From: Nageia nagi
Lineage: Eukaryota; Plantae; Pinophyta
Assembly: GCA_050084985.1 (NCBI GenBank)
Contig: JBITNC010000001.1
Location: forward strand, 139,252,001-139,316,000
Direction: 5' to 3'
DNA length: 64,000 bases
Under the pieces are notes generated by a model. The model made no database searches. It was not told where the DNA came from and worked only from the letters and a program-made list of their open reading frames with translations. Positions 26,221-38,549 of this stretch are shown in pieces; positions within the stretch are counted from its first letter, which is position 1; each line of letters starts with the position of its first letter. The translations under genes were made by a program, and so were the position numbers.

Positions 26221-29200
26221 TGTGAAAGATGAGTGATCAATGCCAATCATACCCACCTAGATAATACCTATAATACAAAAAAACATAAACCTGTATAGAT
26301 CACATCCATGAAAGAACAAGCAATGTAAATAGTAAGGATAAACTATAATATTTAGATGTTTGTACTATGGTCAATGCCAACCATAGTAATATAAAGTATG
26401 ATACATAAACTACTGTGATAGATAAGTCATAGCCTATGGATGATGTTTAGATGACTCACACTAGTGATGTCCTACAATCAATGCAATATTTGCTCGTGGG
26501 GGACCATGGCTTTGGAATAATTATCAGTATACCAATAAATCATCAATGTACCATATATTCAATTAATCATTAGCCTTTCATTTCAATATATTAATTTGTA
26601 TGAATTTTCAATATAAATCCACATCGTTGGTGGTGTGGTATGCCTATAATTTTATGATCATATTTCCAACAATTTTGATCCTTATCAATAAAATATTGCA
26701 TATGCATGAAAGAATCATAGAAATGAGTAGACATTGAATGAAATTTCAATATGCCCTATTTACAAAATTATTTGTAGGAACTACACATCGCTAGTGGAAT
26801 GAGATTTTCCATATCAAGTATAAAATTTTGAAATATAATAATCCATATCACTCTTTATTGCTTCTAAATGAAATAATATTACCAATTGCCATAAAATTTT
26901 CAAGATAAAGCATGAACTAGCAATATGTGATCATATATTCAATTTGTCTATACAATGATGATATCATTCAAGAGGAAGAATCCATTCAATTTGCATTGAA
27001 AATAGTTCAATTTAGATATTCAATACAATGCAATATTTTATAGATAATACCATAATTCTATAATATACCATATTTTAAAGGATACAATGGCCTTAAATTT
27101 AATTAGTAGAACAAGCATTTTGTTTGAAATAGAAATCATAAGAATAACATATACAATGTTTACTTTTCATACTACATAGTCAAAGAAAATTAGTGTTCTT
27201 AATTCATTAATGACAATTTTGCAATGAAGAGCATAAAACATGTGAGATAAGATACCTTACCTTTACTTACCTTTATGCCCCATGGATGGGAAATTTTTTC
27301 ACTTTACAATTTTGAATTTTGAATTTTGGCCTTCTAATTTTCAATATTTGATTTCCATCATGCCCTAGCTGAAATTGAAATTGTCCATAGCTGAAGTTAT
27401 ATCCTCTTTTTCTTAATTTCTTATGTGTATTTTTATTTTTGTTGTTATTATTGTTATTTTTGTTATGAAATGTGACTCATATGGGGTGTAATGACTAGAC
27501 CCATGATATGCAACCTACATGAAATGCACCTTATATGATATGCATCCTATATGATATGCAAAATTTAGAAACCATAGTACATTAGGGGGTGGTGGAACCC
27601 CCATTAGTTTAGCACATTTTGCTAAGAAAAATGGATTTTCTTTGCTTATATTATCCTTTGTATTGTGTATACCTTGGGCTACTACTCTCTTAAGAAGATC
27701 AATAAATTTGATTCATAACTCTAGAGGTAATGTATTATGTTGTTGCAAATGACTATTAAGGAGTAAAATCTTGAATAGATACTTATCAAAAGGACAATCT
27801 TTTTGTTTTCTATATTCTTGTAACCTAATCTCAACTAGATCTAACCGAACTAAATTTTTTCTTGTGTTTGCTTGACTAGCTAGATGTTTAGAATAAGAAC
27901 CATTATTTTCATTACTATTTTCACATCGTTAGTGTCCTACATGTAGTATGGCATGTCGTTGGTGATGTGCTTCCTCATCACAATTATCTTGAAATTTCAT
28001 AATTTTGTTTTCAATCCCTAAATTTGAATAATTTTGAGGGAGTTGATATTTACCTTTTGCAATCATGTCTAAAATTATAAGTTTCAAATCATGAAAAGAA
28101 TCTATAGCATGATCCTTCCATTGATGATAAGTGCAATAAACATCCTCATTTCCCATTGGAGTATCACTATCTTATGTTCTTCTTTTTAATAGCATCAATA
28201 AACCTATTTTCATTAGATCCCTCATAATTAGCATTGGTTGATGTCCACTAAGTATCTCAAAGTTGGGGACCTCTTGATTGGGTGGTGGGGAACAATTGTG
28301 GCTATCCTATTTGGATTGTTCTACGATATGAGCATCTTGTATTTTCAAAGTTTCTTGAGATGTTATTCTTTGCCAACTTTGTTTTAGTTTTGGTTGAATT
28401 TGGGGTTTAAGTTATGGTTTTTGTTGAGGTGTTATTTGAGCTTTTGGTTGAGGTGTTATTTGAGCTTTTGGTTGAGAAGATATTTTATTTTGTTGCTTTT
28501 GCATAATTTCCTTCTCAAATTTTTACATACAATATTACCTAGCATATGGATGTTCTAACAATTTATCTAATTCTTTTCTTATAAATGCATGATATTTTTC
28601 TTTCAATTCAAGATCATTATAAATTCCAAACATCCAAGAGGAATTGACTAACATATGTGCTTTAATTTTATGAAATTGATCTTGAAGTGTAAATTTTTTA
28701 AATGCAATATCATTCATTTCAAACTTATCCATAGTGTCCAAATTTAAATATGCATCACAATCAAATTCAGCCATATAATCATCAAAAATAATATTATCAT
28801 GCACTTGATTTTCTATAATACTTGGCATATCATCATTCATGGAAGTCAAGCATGAATTTGATAAACTTAATTCATTAAAATATTTTCTATTATGCATAAC
28901 ATACATTTATTTTTTAGAAAGTGGTGCAAATAAATCACTTATAACATTCAAACATTCAAACAAACCATTTTTAAATGCCTTATCCATGAGAGAATGCAAG
29001 AAGATGGAAAAACATTTTTTATATGAAAACCTCTAGAAATCTTGATAGAAATGCATGCAAAGGGCTAAACTTAATCTCAAAAGTTCCTACTATGATGACC
29101 TATGGGTTTGGCAAGTTTTAAGCATAAAATAAATCACCAAATAGTTGGAAAATGCCTTCAAAATGTATGATTTTCAAGGTAACATTTTCTACAAAAATAT

Positions 29201-29519
29201 TTTCAAAAATCACTCGAAATATACAAATCAAGACCTAGAAAAATTAGAAAAACTTCCCAATTATATGTATATATAGTTTGGAAAATTTTTTCTAATGCTA
29301 GATCTCACCAAATTGAAGAAAATGACCTTCAAAAACTAGGGTTTTCTAGAGAGACATTTTTCAAGAAAATAATTTTATTTGAAGCAATAAAAGTTTCCAA
29401 ATTAGAGAAAAGTTAATTTAACAAAAAAGGAAAATAAAACCAAGAGTTTATAATGCAATAATCCTCATAAAAAGTGATTCCCTAAAATGAAAAATTCTAG
29501 GGTTTATAAGAACAATTGA

Positions 29520-29528
29520 GGTTCACCA
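29520..29528 (-). promoter_or_regulatory. Primer-binding site complementary to the 3' end of plant cytosolic tRNA-Trp
   Basis: Plus-strand ggttcacca matches the recalled tRNA-Trp 3' end (...GGGUUCACCA). It is 3 nt from the LTR. Confidence 0.65.
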
Positions 29529-30319
29529 AAGTGTAAATGGTAAATAATGCAATTAATACAAATGGGGTTGATTAATGCACTATCACTCTACTTTGTAAAT
29601 ATTGACACATGTAATGTAATATAAATGCAATATTGTTTACTTAGATTCTATATTCATTCCATTAATAATAAAATGCACAAAGGATAGTGCATACATTCAT
29701 GAACAAGTATGCCACTAGCACTTTAGAATTGGCACGCCATTGATGCCGTAGGATGAGAAAAATTACAAATGTAAATGAGAATGTAGCGATGAGAAAATTA
29801 GAAAATAATCAAATGATGAACATACATGCAAACTTATAGAATAATAGATGCGCAATATAGATAGACAAAGCAAGTTACAATCCTTCAAATGATCTTCAAT
29901 TGATAATCCTTGTATTAGCTTAAAATGATTATTTTCTCATGATTCACTCATGATATATAGGTCATCAAATGATATATTTACATATGATATAAGTTTACAT
30001 GACTTTGATATTTTGACCCCTTATACATTCCAGAAGTGTCAAATACATGACCTACACCTCTTTTATGCATTTTAATCCCTTTTTAAATAATACATTGTTA
30101 AGGGATTAAAATGATTTATTAAATACATAAAGGTTCATTTTGAGACATCTACAATTTGAGAATAAAATAAAAATAGATAAATAATAATAAAATTAATTAT
30201 AATTACAAGCTTGTTAGTATGATTTTGAGGTGACTTGATAGATGCCATGCATTAGTTGAAACCAAAATTACACCAATTAGCATATGCTTAGGGAAGGAGT
30301 GAACACATACTCAAATGAT

Positions 30320-31680
30320 TATGTGAGGAATTTAAGATCTATAAATAACCCATAGTTTAGTCTGATAGCTTTAGAAATGGGTAGAGACTTGGTAAGAAGG
30401 GATCCCAGTTCAACAGAGGAGAGTAGAAAAAATATAAAAGTATAACATCTTCTTTGTGAGGGAGTTTTAGATAGCTTTATGAATGCATGTAGTGGTGAGG
30501 ATGAACAAATCTCACTATAAGTTGCAAAATCATGGAATGAAGATATTTTTAGTGTCAATGGTTTAGAGCTGGTATTCTCAACAAAGATAATTGCCCAAGC
30601 TACCCACCTACAAAATATTAGAATAGAAGTAATAAGGAAAGGCAAGGTGAATAAGCTTGCAACCATAGATAAGTTTTTCCAAACCTACGTGAAAGGGATT
30701 AGTTTGGATAAGTTTCAAATGGGGTATTACAAAATTGCATTCTAGAGCCTTGGAAGGAGATATCCAAGGCCTTGATGAGATATATAATACTTGAAGGAAG
30801 GTACAAAAAGCTCTATTCCCATAATTTTAGTCTTATCAACCACTTTGATTTTCCTAAAATAGATAGGGTGAATTTTACCTTCTTTATTTTTAATTCAATG
30901 AGCGATTCTATAAGAAAATTTAAGGTAAATTTAACACAAAGGCCAATTCATGGTGGAGTGATAAAACTTATGTATGAAATGGCCTTGAAAAATAGACCTA
31001 GGATGGTGCCAAGTGTAAGAATCTTAATTGGACACTAGGTATTCAACACAAGGGAGAATAAGAAACTTGGGGTTAAAATTTCTAACAAAGAGAACACCTT
31101 TGTAGCTAGTGTATTGAAATCAAAGAAGGGGGAATAAAGCTAATGAAGAGAAAGGAGAATCAAGAAAGGAGCATGCTGCAAGGGAGATAAGGTCTAGGAA
31201 AGGTAAAGCAAAAATTACATTTGGGTCTAATAACATTCATGGGGAGGAGATTGCATCATCACAGGGTAAAGAAATGGAGGACATGTCGAAGATAACAAAA
31301 TAAGATACAATTGTAACTAAGACCCTTATGCAAGCTAATAAGGTAGCTCTCAGCAATATGGTCACAACAAATATAGACCCCTTTTTCATTTACATAGCTA
31401 AAATTGGTAGATATGTTATAGAAATAACACATGAAATTACAATAAAGTAGGGGAAGGGGAAAAAAATAAGAATGGAGGATGTAGTGGAGTACAATCCAAT
31501 CTCAAAGAGAATAAGGAGCAACACCAAATGAAGGAGCAAGGAGGAAAAAGGAAAGGATAAAGGATCATTTAAAGGTGTGCAATATATTATTTTAGAGGAA
31601 TGAACACCTCCAACAAAATTCCAAATCAGAGGCATTCTAAAGATTTTTGGGGAAGTAGAAAAATAGGAGTGAAGCTGAAA
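30320..31680 (+). pseudogene. Degenerate ORF of a TE-associated family of unknown function inside the MULE
   Basis: Near-continuous reading 'LVRRDPSS..EGVLDSFMNACSGEDEQISL*VAKSWNEDIFSVNGLELVFSTKIIAQAT..EPWKEISKALMRYIILEGRYKKLYSHNFSLINHF..NFTFFIFNSM..PIHGGVIKLMYE', followed by a charged low-complexity tail. It resembles the extra ORFs that accompany plant Tat/Athila-type elements (recall only). Confidence 0.5.
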
Positions 31681-32149
31681 AGTAGGAGTGTTTTTGTGTT
31701 TTTTGTATGTTTTTTGGGCACTTAGTGTATTATTATTAGTTAGTGTATTGTTAGTATTTGTTGGGGCACTCAATATTTTTGGGAACCCTATTAAGGAATT
31801 CTATACACTTTTCTGTATGTTTTTTGGGAACTCCTATGTTTATATTTATTTGAGGTGTAAAGTTTTGTGCATACCCTTCCAAACTTCACATATTTTGAAG
31901 ATTAATACAAAAATAGCATCTAAATTGTATGTAAATAATGTGTTTTTGGTTATTCTTTACTAATATTTTTATTGCATTGCATCAAATTGTGTTTGCCTCA
32001 TGCATCTTGTTAAAACACTCGAGTGCTTTAAGATTATAATTCACATTTTAAATCTAATGGAAGTTTGAAAGCAATGAATGCCTTATACTAAGCTATAATG
32101 CACCTTATATGTTTAATTTTATGTATTTAACTGACACATAATTACATTG

Positions 32150-34330
32150 AAATAGCATAGAATTTTTAATCTACCTACCCAAGATATTAAAGAAAAATAG
32201 CTATTTTGTCAAAATAATTTAACTCGGACAAGAATACCATGCATAAAAGGAAAGATAGATTCTATTACCACAATACCTTTATTCAGGTTAATTAATTTCA
32301 AAAAGGGTGAAGAATCTAATCCTGATGCACAATGCATGTTTTTATGTGAGAAAAAGGAAAAAATGTCTAAAAGGCAATTACAAATCAAAGGCCATCATAA
32401 GTTAAATGTAAGAAAATATTATTTTTCCAATTTCAGTGTTGCATGATCTTATCTTTGCAAGTAATATTATTCTAAATTTGTTATTTTTTATGTAGTTATT
32501 GGTGTGCTTATGGCTATAAAAGCACAAGAGATATGACCCACCTCCTCTAAAATGTAAGAAAAATCTTACAAAGAAAAGGGGTTGTCAATGTCATTTTATT
32601 GTTAAGGTATTTGAAAGTTTAATTGATGTTGAATTTATTACATACAATAAATTTGAACATGTTGCACTTGATGGACAACCCTACCATGGAGCCATGATAC
32701 AAGTGAAATAAAAAATGGAGGGGCCAATTTCACTCCACATATGTCAAAAGAGACTAGTTCTTTGATTGAATCATTGCTAATAGATGGTATTATAGTTGAT
32801 ACAACATGTAATTTCCAATTTATGTAAGAGTACTTTGAAAATGTACCTACAATTCGAGATCACTACATTTTAAGTAGGGATGTTCAAAACATATACAATA
32901 GATTGATGATGGGGAAGGTGTAGAAGGCTAAAGATGAAGCCATTAGTATGAACCAATGGTATCGAGCCAACAAGGAAAGGTTTTTTATATATAAGAACCC
33001 TAACCATGAAATTGGAAAATTTGTTATTAGTATTCATACAAAATGGATGTTGGATAAGATGGTGGAATTATCCTGCAACAACATAATTTCAATAGATTCA
33101 ACCTTCAGTACAAATTTGTACAGTGTAAGTATTGCTGACTTTTTGTATAGTTATTATTTTTGCATTGTTGATGTTGTTCATATATTATTTTTTGTGTATT
33201 GCTAATTTTTTTGTATTACTAAACTTTGATACATTATAGTACCAATTTTACACATTGCTTGCATTTGATTCACAACAAAGTTGTCTACCTATGGATTGGG
33301 TTATCACATACAAAATGGTGTTGATGACATAGCTAAATGGCTTGAAATATTGAAATAATGTTGTCTAAAATGCCAACCAAGTTGGCATGTGAATGTTTTT
33401 CTTACTAATGATGTTGTTGTAGAAATCTAGGCCATCAGGTTTGTGAACTGTATTTTGTTTCAAAAAATATGCAAAACAAGTGTATTGTTTCAAAATATAT
33501 AGTTTTTTTCTCTTGTTCATTTGGTAAATTTATTTATGTTATTGTATGCATGTCCAAAAAAGTGTTTAGTTAGAGGCATTTATTATGTGTCTGGCATGTG
33601 AAACTAGCTTGGTTAAACAATTTCTACAACAAGGCATCAAGTAAAGAGATTGGAAGAAAAATATTTGCAAGGCTAGATGAAATAGTGTCCAAATGAATGG
33701 ATGATACATCTATGAAATTAGTTGTATTTAAGTTTTACATTGATTTCCATAACGAGAAGGATTTAATAGATTACTTGATTGGTAATTGGTTTGATGTTGA
33801 TAGGATTCGTAAGTACAATCATAACAAATCGAATATTTTTGGTTATTATTTTTCCCCTTTTCAAGCATTTGTGAGTTTTATTCTACATTTTATATTGTAG
33901 GTATGTGGGCAAAATGCTATTAAAAAAATTTCCATTCCAACCAAGATATAAATTCAGCCATAAAGGTAACACATGCAAGCATGTATACAAAATCATGAAC
34001 ATGTCAGTTGAAACTATTAATTTTCCTAACTATACAATGAAACCTACCCCTAATACACCTCATTATCCTACCAACATATCCTCACCTCACGGTAACATCT
34101 CTCAAGGTTAGGAACATTAGGTTGATCATTCATCTCCCAAGATATTAGATGTAGATGATGGAAAGGTATTATTAAAATTATTGTTAGAGCAATCTTATGA
34201 TAATCCTAGAAGTAAGAGGTAGTTTGCAAGTTTGGTTATGGATATGCAAGCTAGGTACTACCAATTTTGATTCCCATAATATTTTGATGTAGCTGAAAGG
34301 TTAAAAAGAAGAATAAAGTGTTAGATGAAT
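32150..34330 (+). pseudogene. Spliced MULE (MuDRA-like) DDE transposase with SWIM finger, degenerate
   Basis: 'KRGCQCHFIVK' WRKY/GCM1-like DNA-binding motif at ~32575. First catalytic Asp in 'IISIDSTFSTN' (GAT 33095-97). 'NVFLTNDV' at ~33395. CxxH 'LLCVWHVKLAW' at 33586-97. 'NQDINSAI[K]' is the E-motif position at ~33950. SWIM 'GNTCKHV' at 33965-33985. GT..AG introns at ~32408-32495, ~33125-33239 and ~33809-33900. Confidence 0.88.
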
Positions 34331-34839
34331 CCTTCAAGTAAAAACAAAAGTGGGACTTGAGAGATGAAATCATGTGACTTAATTATTGATGCCCAACAAA
34401 CTCTTACTTATGTCTTTCCAAGATTAAAAAAGTTTGGTCAACCTAAGATAACACAATTTCAAGGTAAACACTTTATGATTTAATTTAACTTCATTCATAG
34501 AAATTATTTTTCAAAAAATCTAATTTGAATGCTACTTTTACTCTTTCTCATAGATTATCATGCCAAATTTGAATCAAAATATAGTCCTTTGTCATTCTCG
34601 ACCATAGCTGAATAATCTAATGTAGGGGAAAATCATAATTAGAATATTGGGCATAGGAGTCAAGATAAATGTTAAACTTTACAATAAATACATTAATGTT
34701 TTCTATACTTTTGACAATTGGGATTGCATATTATTTGTAAAACAATGGTGAAGGCATACCTTAGCTACCAACTAAGTTGTTTATATCCTCTTTATGGATA
34801 TGAGATATTATATCTTTGAAAGTAAGAAATAGTAGTGAT

Positions 34840-35030
34840 GTTCTCTATATACACCAACCATATATTTGATATATGCCTAGCATATATCTTGCTCTACACC
34901 CACCATATATCTTGATATCTTTAAAATGATGTTTGCTATATACTCCCACCATATATTTGATATATGACCAACATATATTTTTCTATACGCCCATCATATA
35001 TTCATATATATGCCCATGATATATCTACAC
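34840..35030. repeat. Internal cluster of the TIR motif (ATATA(T/C)(G/A)CCCA(T/C)CATATAT)
   Basis: About 7 diverged copies, e.g. ctatacgcccatcatatat and atatatgcccatgatatat. This is the same motif and orientation as in the right TIR. Confidence 0.7.
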
Positions 35031-35034
35031 AATG

Positions 35035-35420
35035 TTAAGTTGTTTATGAAATGATTTTGGCTTGGATTTCAATATTTATCTTATGTTATTTATCATATGA
35101 TTTGTATTGAATTATGTATATTTTGGGCCCAAATTTCTATATTACTCTTTAGTTGTTTATCATATGATTTGTATTGAATTATGTATGATTTGGAGCCAGA
35201 TTTCTACATTAATCTTAAGTTGTTTATCATATGATTTCTATTGCATTTTGTTGGTTATGAATTCAATAGAACCATTGCATGTATGATTTGTATTGAATTA
35301 TGTATGACTTGTAATGCATTATTCATGGTTAAGAATGTAGCATAACCATTGTAATTTATACATTAAACAATATTACAAATTCTAAATTTAGCATAAGCAT
35401 TGCATGTATGATTTGTATAT
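35035..35420. repeat. Tandem ~68-bp AT-rich repeat between the convergent MULE genes
   Basis: gtt.tttatcatatgattt.tattg.att recurs at ~35085, ~35152 and ~35219, with partial copies at ~35282 and ~35407. Confidence 0.75.
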
Positions 35421-36789
35421 AGTTAATTATATATGTACAAAAAAGGGCTTTCATAAGTACGATCAATTATATAGGCATATACATAGTCAGATATTCACCA
35501 TTAACTATACATAGTCAAATATAAATTGTATCCCAAATATTATGGTCATAAGCACTTTGATGGCCAAAATATAGAAATTCAAATATATAATAACAATTAC
35601 AATTACAATGTCTTATTTAGGATTATACATGGATAATGGGATGGGAATGAAGCATATTTTTTTATTTTGTGAGAAGAATACCACAATTGGTTCATACATG
35701 AATGGATCTTTTTCATCTACAGTCTCTTTAACATCAAAATCCATATTGTTGTGGATGTGCTTATAAAATGTTTTATATATGTTCCTCCATGATTTCCATT
35801 ACTCCTTATTATTCCCATGTAGTGGGATGGTTTCAAATATAAATGAGTGTTGTCCCTGATAATTATCTACCTCCATAAGCATTTTGTTGTGTAGAGACTT
35901 GTATTGGAGCATTTTGATGGATTTATAATTAATTCTCTTCATTTTGATCGATTCCTTAATGTCTCCACTATCCATTCCTAGGGCCACCTACCATAAAATA
36001 CAAAATCTATAAGTTACCACATCAAAAGTAAAATAAAGTACATTGAACGATAAATTAAAGTACCCAACATTGTACAAATTTGCATATTAGGAATATTCAA
36101 AAAAACAAAACTAAACAAAAATACATTACTCAATCTTACTATACATTTTTCATTTACATCAACAAAGACTTGTTGATTTATGTTGAAATCTATTATCCTA
36201 GTATATGTAGAAATGTTTTGATGTACAAAAAATGTCGTATGTTTGATTTTACACATAACATTTTGAAATGGCTTGGTCCTTTTTTGTTTTCCTTATTTTC
36301 TAGCAAGGTATAAGTCCTAAGTGGTGTTTTCCTTCCAAGAGAAACCTTGGAATTATACCAAGCATCTCTTTTGCCTTCATCACTTTTCACAATAGGAATT
36401 ATCTCAATGGTTGATCTAGATCTAGATCTAACAACTAGTGTCTTTCTGAATGATCCTTTATTATCTTTTGGTATGTTTTCTTCATCAATTCCTTACATGG
36501 GAGAAGGAATAAAATAATGTTGTTAGGTTGAGGTTACTAAATGACTAAGATAAGAGTAAAAAATAATTAAAATATTAATGCTAATACCCACCTATTTTCA
36601 TCACCCTCCACTTTTGTGAGAGTGAAGTCCACCGTCAAATTCTTTGTTAGGTTGATGTTATTTAATGCACCATATTTGAAGTCAATAACCTAGTCATGCA
36701 CACATTTTTTGTTAAAAATATAGAAAAGTAATATTTACAGCAATCCTTACTCTATTTTACTAGAGTGTACTCATCCTCCCTTTTTTCCC

Positions 36790-37400
36790 TTTTTCATTCT
36801 TCCATACTTCTGTATGTTCATCAAACTTCATAACATATCCTTCTTTATAGTTCTCTTCCAATCTATGACCAAGAGTATAAAAGATGTAACATGTATGTTT
36901 CTCAACCTTAAAAAATAAAAAATGATCATCCCATGCACCAATGTAAATTCTAGGAGTTTCTAAAATGGAATTCAACATTTTTTCAATATTTTTATCCTTT
37001 AGTATTTTGAACTTTGACATCAAACCCTTTGGCTTAAGTAAGCCCATGTTAGAATACATAAAGTTAGTAGTCATGGAATATAAATTATCCTCAATAATGT
37101 AATCCAAATAAAAATGCCCATCTAGATAGTTATATATTTTAAGGATGGAATCTATTTTAGCCTGTTCCATTCTTCACATCCATCTTGTATCAGTGCATTG
37201 AGTTGTTTTTGACTAGGAAAAACACTAGGGTGTGCATGTTACCAACCTATGAGTAGTACACAATAAACTAAATAAGCAACCAACCCTCCACCAACTTGCT
37301 GGTATATCAAAGAAAAATAAATTTTAGATTTTAAAATAAGTTTCTCATTCAACTTCTCTAAACAAAAATCCTACCATGTGGCCATAACATCGTCACTACA
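36790..37400 (-). pseudogene. Domain homologous to the C-terminal region of the plant NT-C2 family (AT3G11760/AT5G04860-like); putative papain-fold protease/deubiquitinase
   Basis: Translation across two stops and a frameshift: 'SDDVMATW*DFCLEKLNEKLILKSKIYFSLIYQQVGGGLVAYLVYCVLLIGW*HAHPSVFPSQKQLNALIQDGCEEWNRLK../NYLDGHFYLDYII..IYIGAWDDHFLFFKVEKHTCYIFYTLGHRLEENYKEGYVMKFDEHT'. This is colinear with the recalled family consensus 'FFASIDQR..AGESACTALVAVIADW..MP..SQFDSLIREGS.EW..FPDKHFDLETV..VYIVSWNDHFFVLKVE..AYYIIDTLGERLYEGC.QAYILKFD'. Confidence 0.75.
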
Positions 37401-37959
37401 TTGACCATGTTCTTCCTCTGCATGTAATTCCTCATTGTCCTATTTTTATGCATGAAAAATCATATTAGGATGCCCTTAAACTCAAATAAACCTATTGACT
37501 AAAATATGTATAATATTCTATTCATGTAGCAATTCAAGGCTATGTATAGGCTACCCTAATGAGCACATAATTAAGAATCAATAGCCTATAGTTCTATGGG
37601 AATCAAGTTTTTTGGTACATGGGGAAAGTATGATTTTTGACATGGATTTGAAGCACATGTGGAAGTATTATTTAAATTTGGTGACATCATGAATAATGCA
37701 ACATAATATTCCATGGTTTCAGTCCAACCTTGTTTAGGTTCAGTGTATGGGTTTTTCAAAAGAAGGCCCTAAATACTTGTAGGCAACCTTGTCAACATTC
37801 TTCAGGCATGTGCTAACAAATATAGGGGTTGTAGGAAAAGCTATGGAATTCATCAAAGAGTACTTTGATTGTAGGATATGCACATGGGTTTTCAAAAAAG
37901 GACCTATAGTATTGTATATGTATGCAAAAAATATGTACAAACATGAAAAATATTCCCTA

Positions 37960-38440
37960 CAAATAGCATAAAGAATACATGCACTATGTCATTTTTGGCA
38001 TCCTATGTTGCCTATGTAATGGCCTGGGTCCACTTTGCATTATCTATGACATGCTTTTTTGGTAACCCTACCTCTTCATGACCTTCTCCTTCATTTATAT
38101 CCTAATTCTTGTCCATTCCTTTATTTGCATCCTCATTTTGCTCCATTCCTTTATGCATGTTATCGTGTATCATAAAGAAAATTATGTATTAATGAACATT
38201 AATTTTGAAATTTTTTCTTCAAATTTGATTAAATTGTGCTATCTATGGAATGAAGAATACCTATTGTGTGCCATTCATGGCATCTTATGTGGAATGTGTA
38301 ACGTTTTGGGTCCACGTTGTAGCATCTTCAATAGGTTATTCTTGGAATCCTGGCTCTTCATGACCTTCTCCTTCATTTACATCCTCCTTCTACTTCATTA
38401 CTTTATGCATGTTATCCTATATCATAAATAAAATTATGAA
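37960..38440. repeat. ~282-bp tandem duplication (small acidic exon plus intron)
   Basis: ctcttcatgaccttctccttcattta.atcct occurs at ~38072 and ~38354. Both copies are followed by ctttatgcatgttatc...tatcataaa.aaaattatg. Confidence 0.8.
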
Positions 38441-38549
38441 ATGAAAACTTAATTAAAAAATATACTTGTTATGAAATGAACAGTAAACATTTGATATAAA
38501 ATTAGGAATGATTATACATGTTGGGGTTATAATAAGAGGTTGGCAATCA

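Larger units (their letters stand above)
24509..30153 (-). mobile_element. Pol-less Tat/Ogre-like LTR retrotransposon with a tRNA-Trp-type PBS, inserted in the MULE
   Basis: Direct repeats 24509-25131 and 29532-30153 (TGTA.ATG...CAT.TACA). TSD atgtg/atttg (4 of 5). PPT caaagaggggcaaa on the minus strand (25132-25145). PBS TGGTGAACC on the minus strand (29520-29528). Gag-type 'YCTYHQWKDHAIDSFHDLKLIILDMIAKG' in ORF 27929-28156. No RT or integrase motifs. Confidence 0.85.

Noticed and set aside
31390-31963. Hydrophobic ORFs suggesting a membrane or env-like protein
   Set aside because: They reflect low-complexity GT-rich and purine-skewed sequence at the tail of the degenerate 30.3-31.7 kb ORF.
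35660-35720. 'TNCGI' read as a Ulp1 catalytic Cys motif (KAONASHI-type MULE)
   Set aside because: It is out of frame with the long last-exon reading, and no upstream HW or DS motifs of Ulp1 were found.
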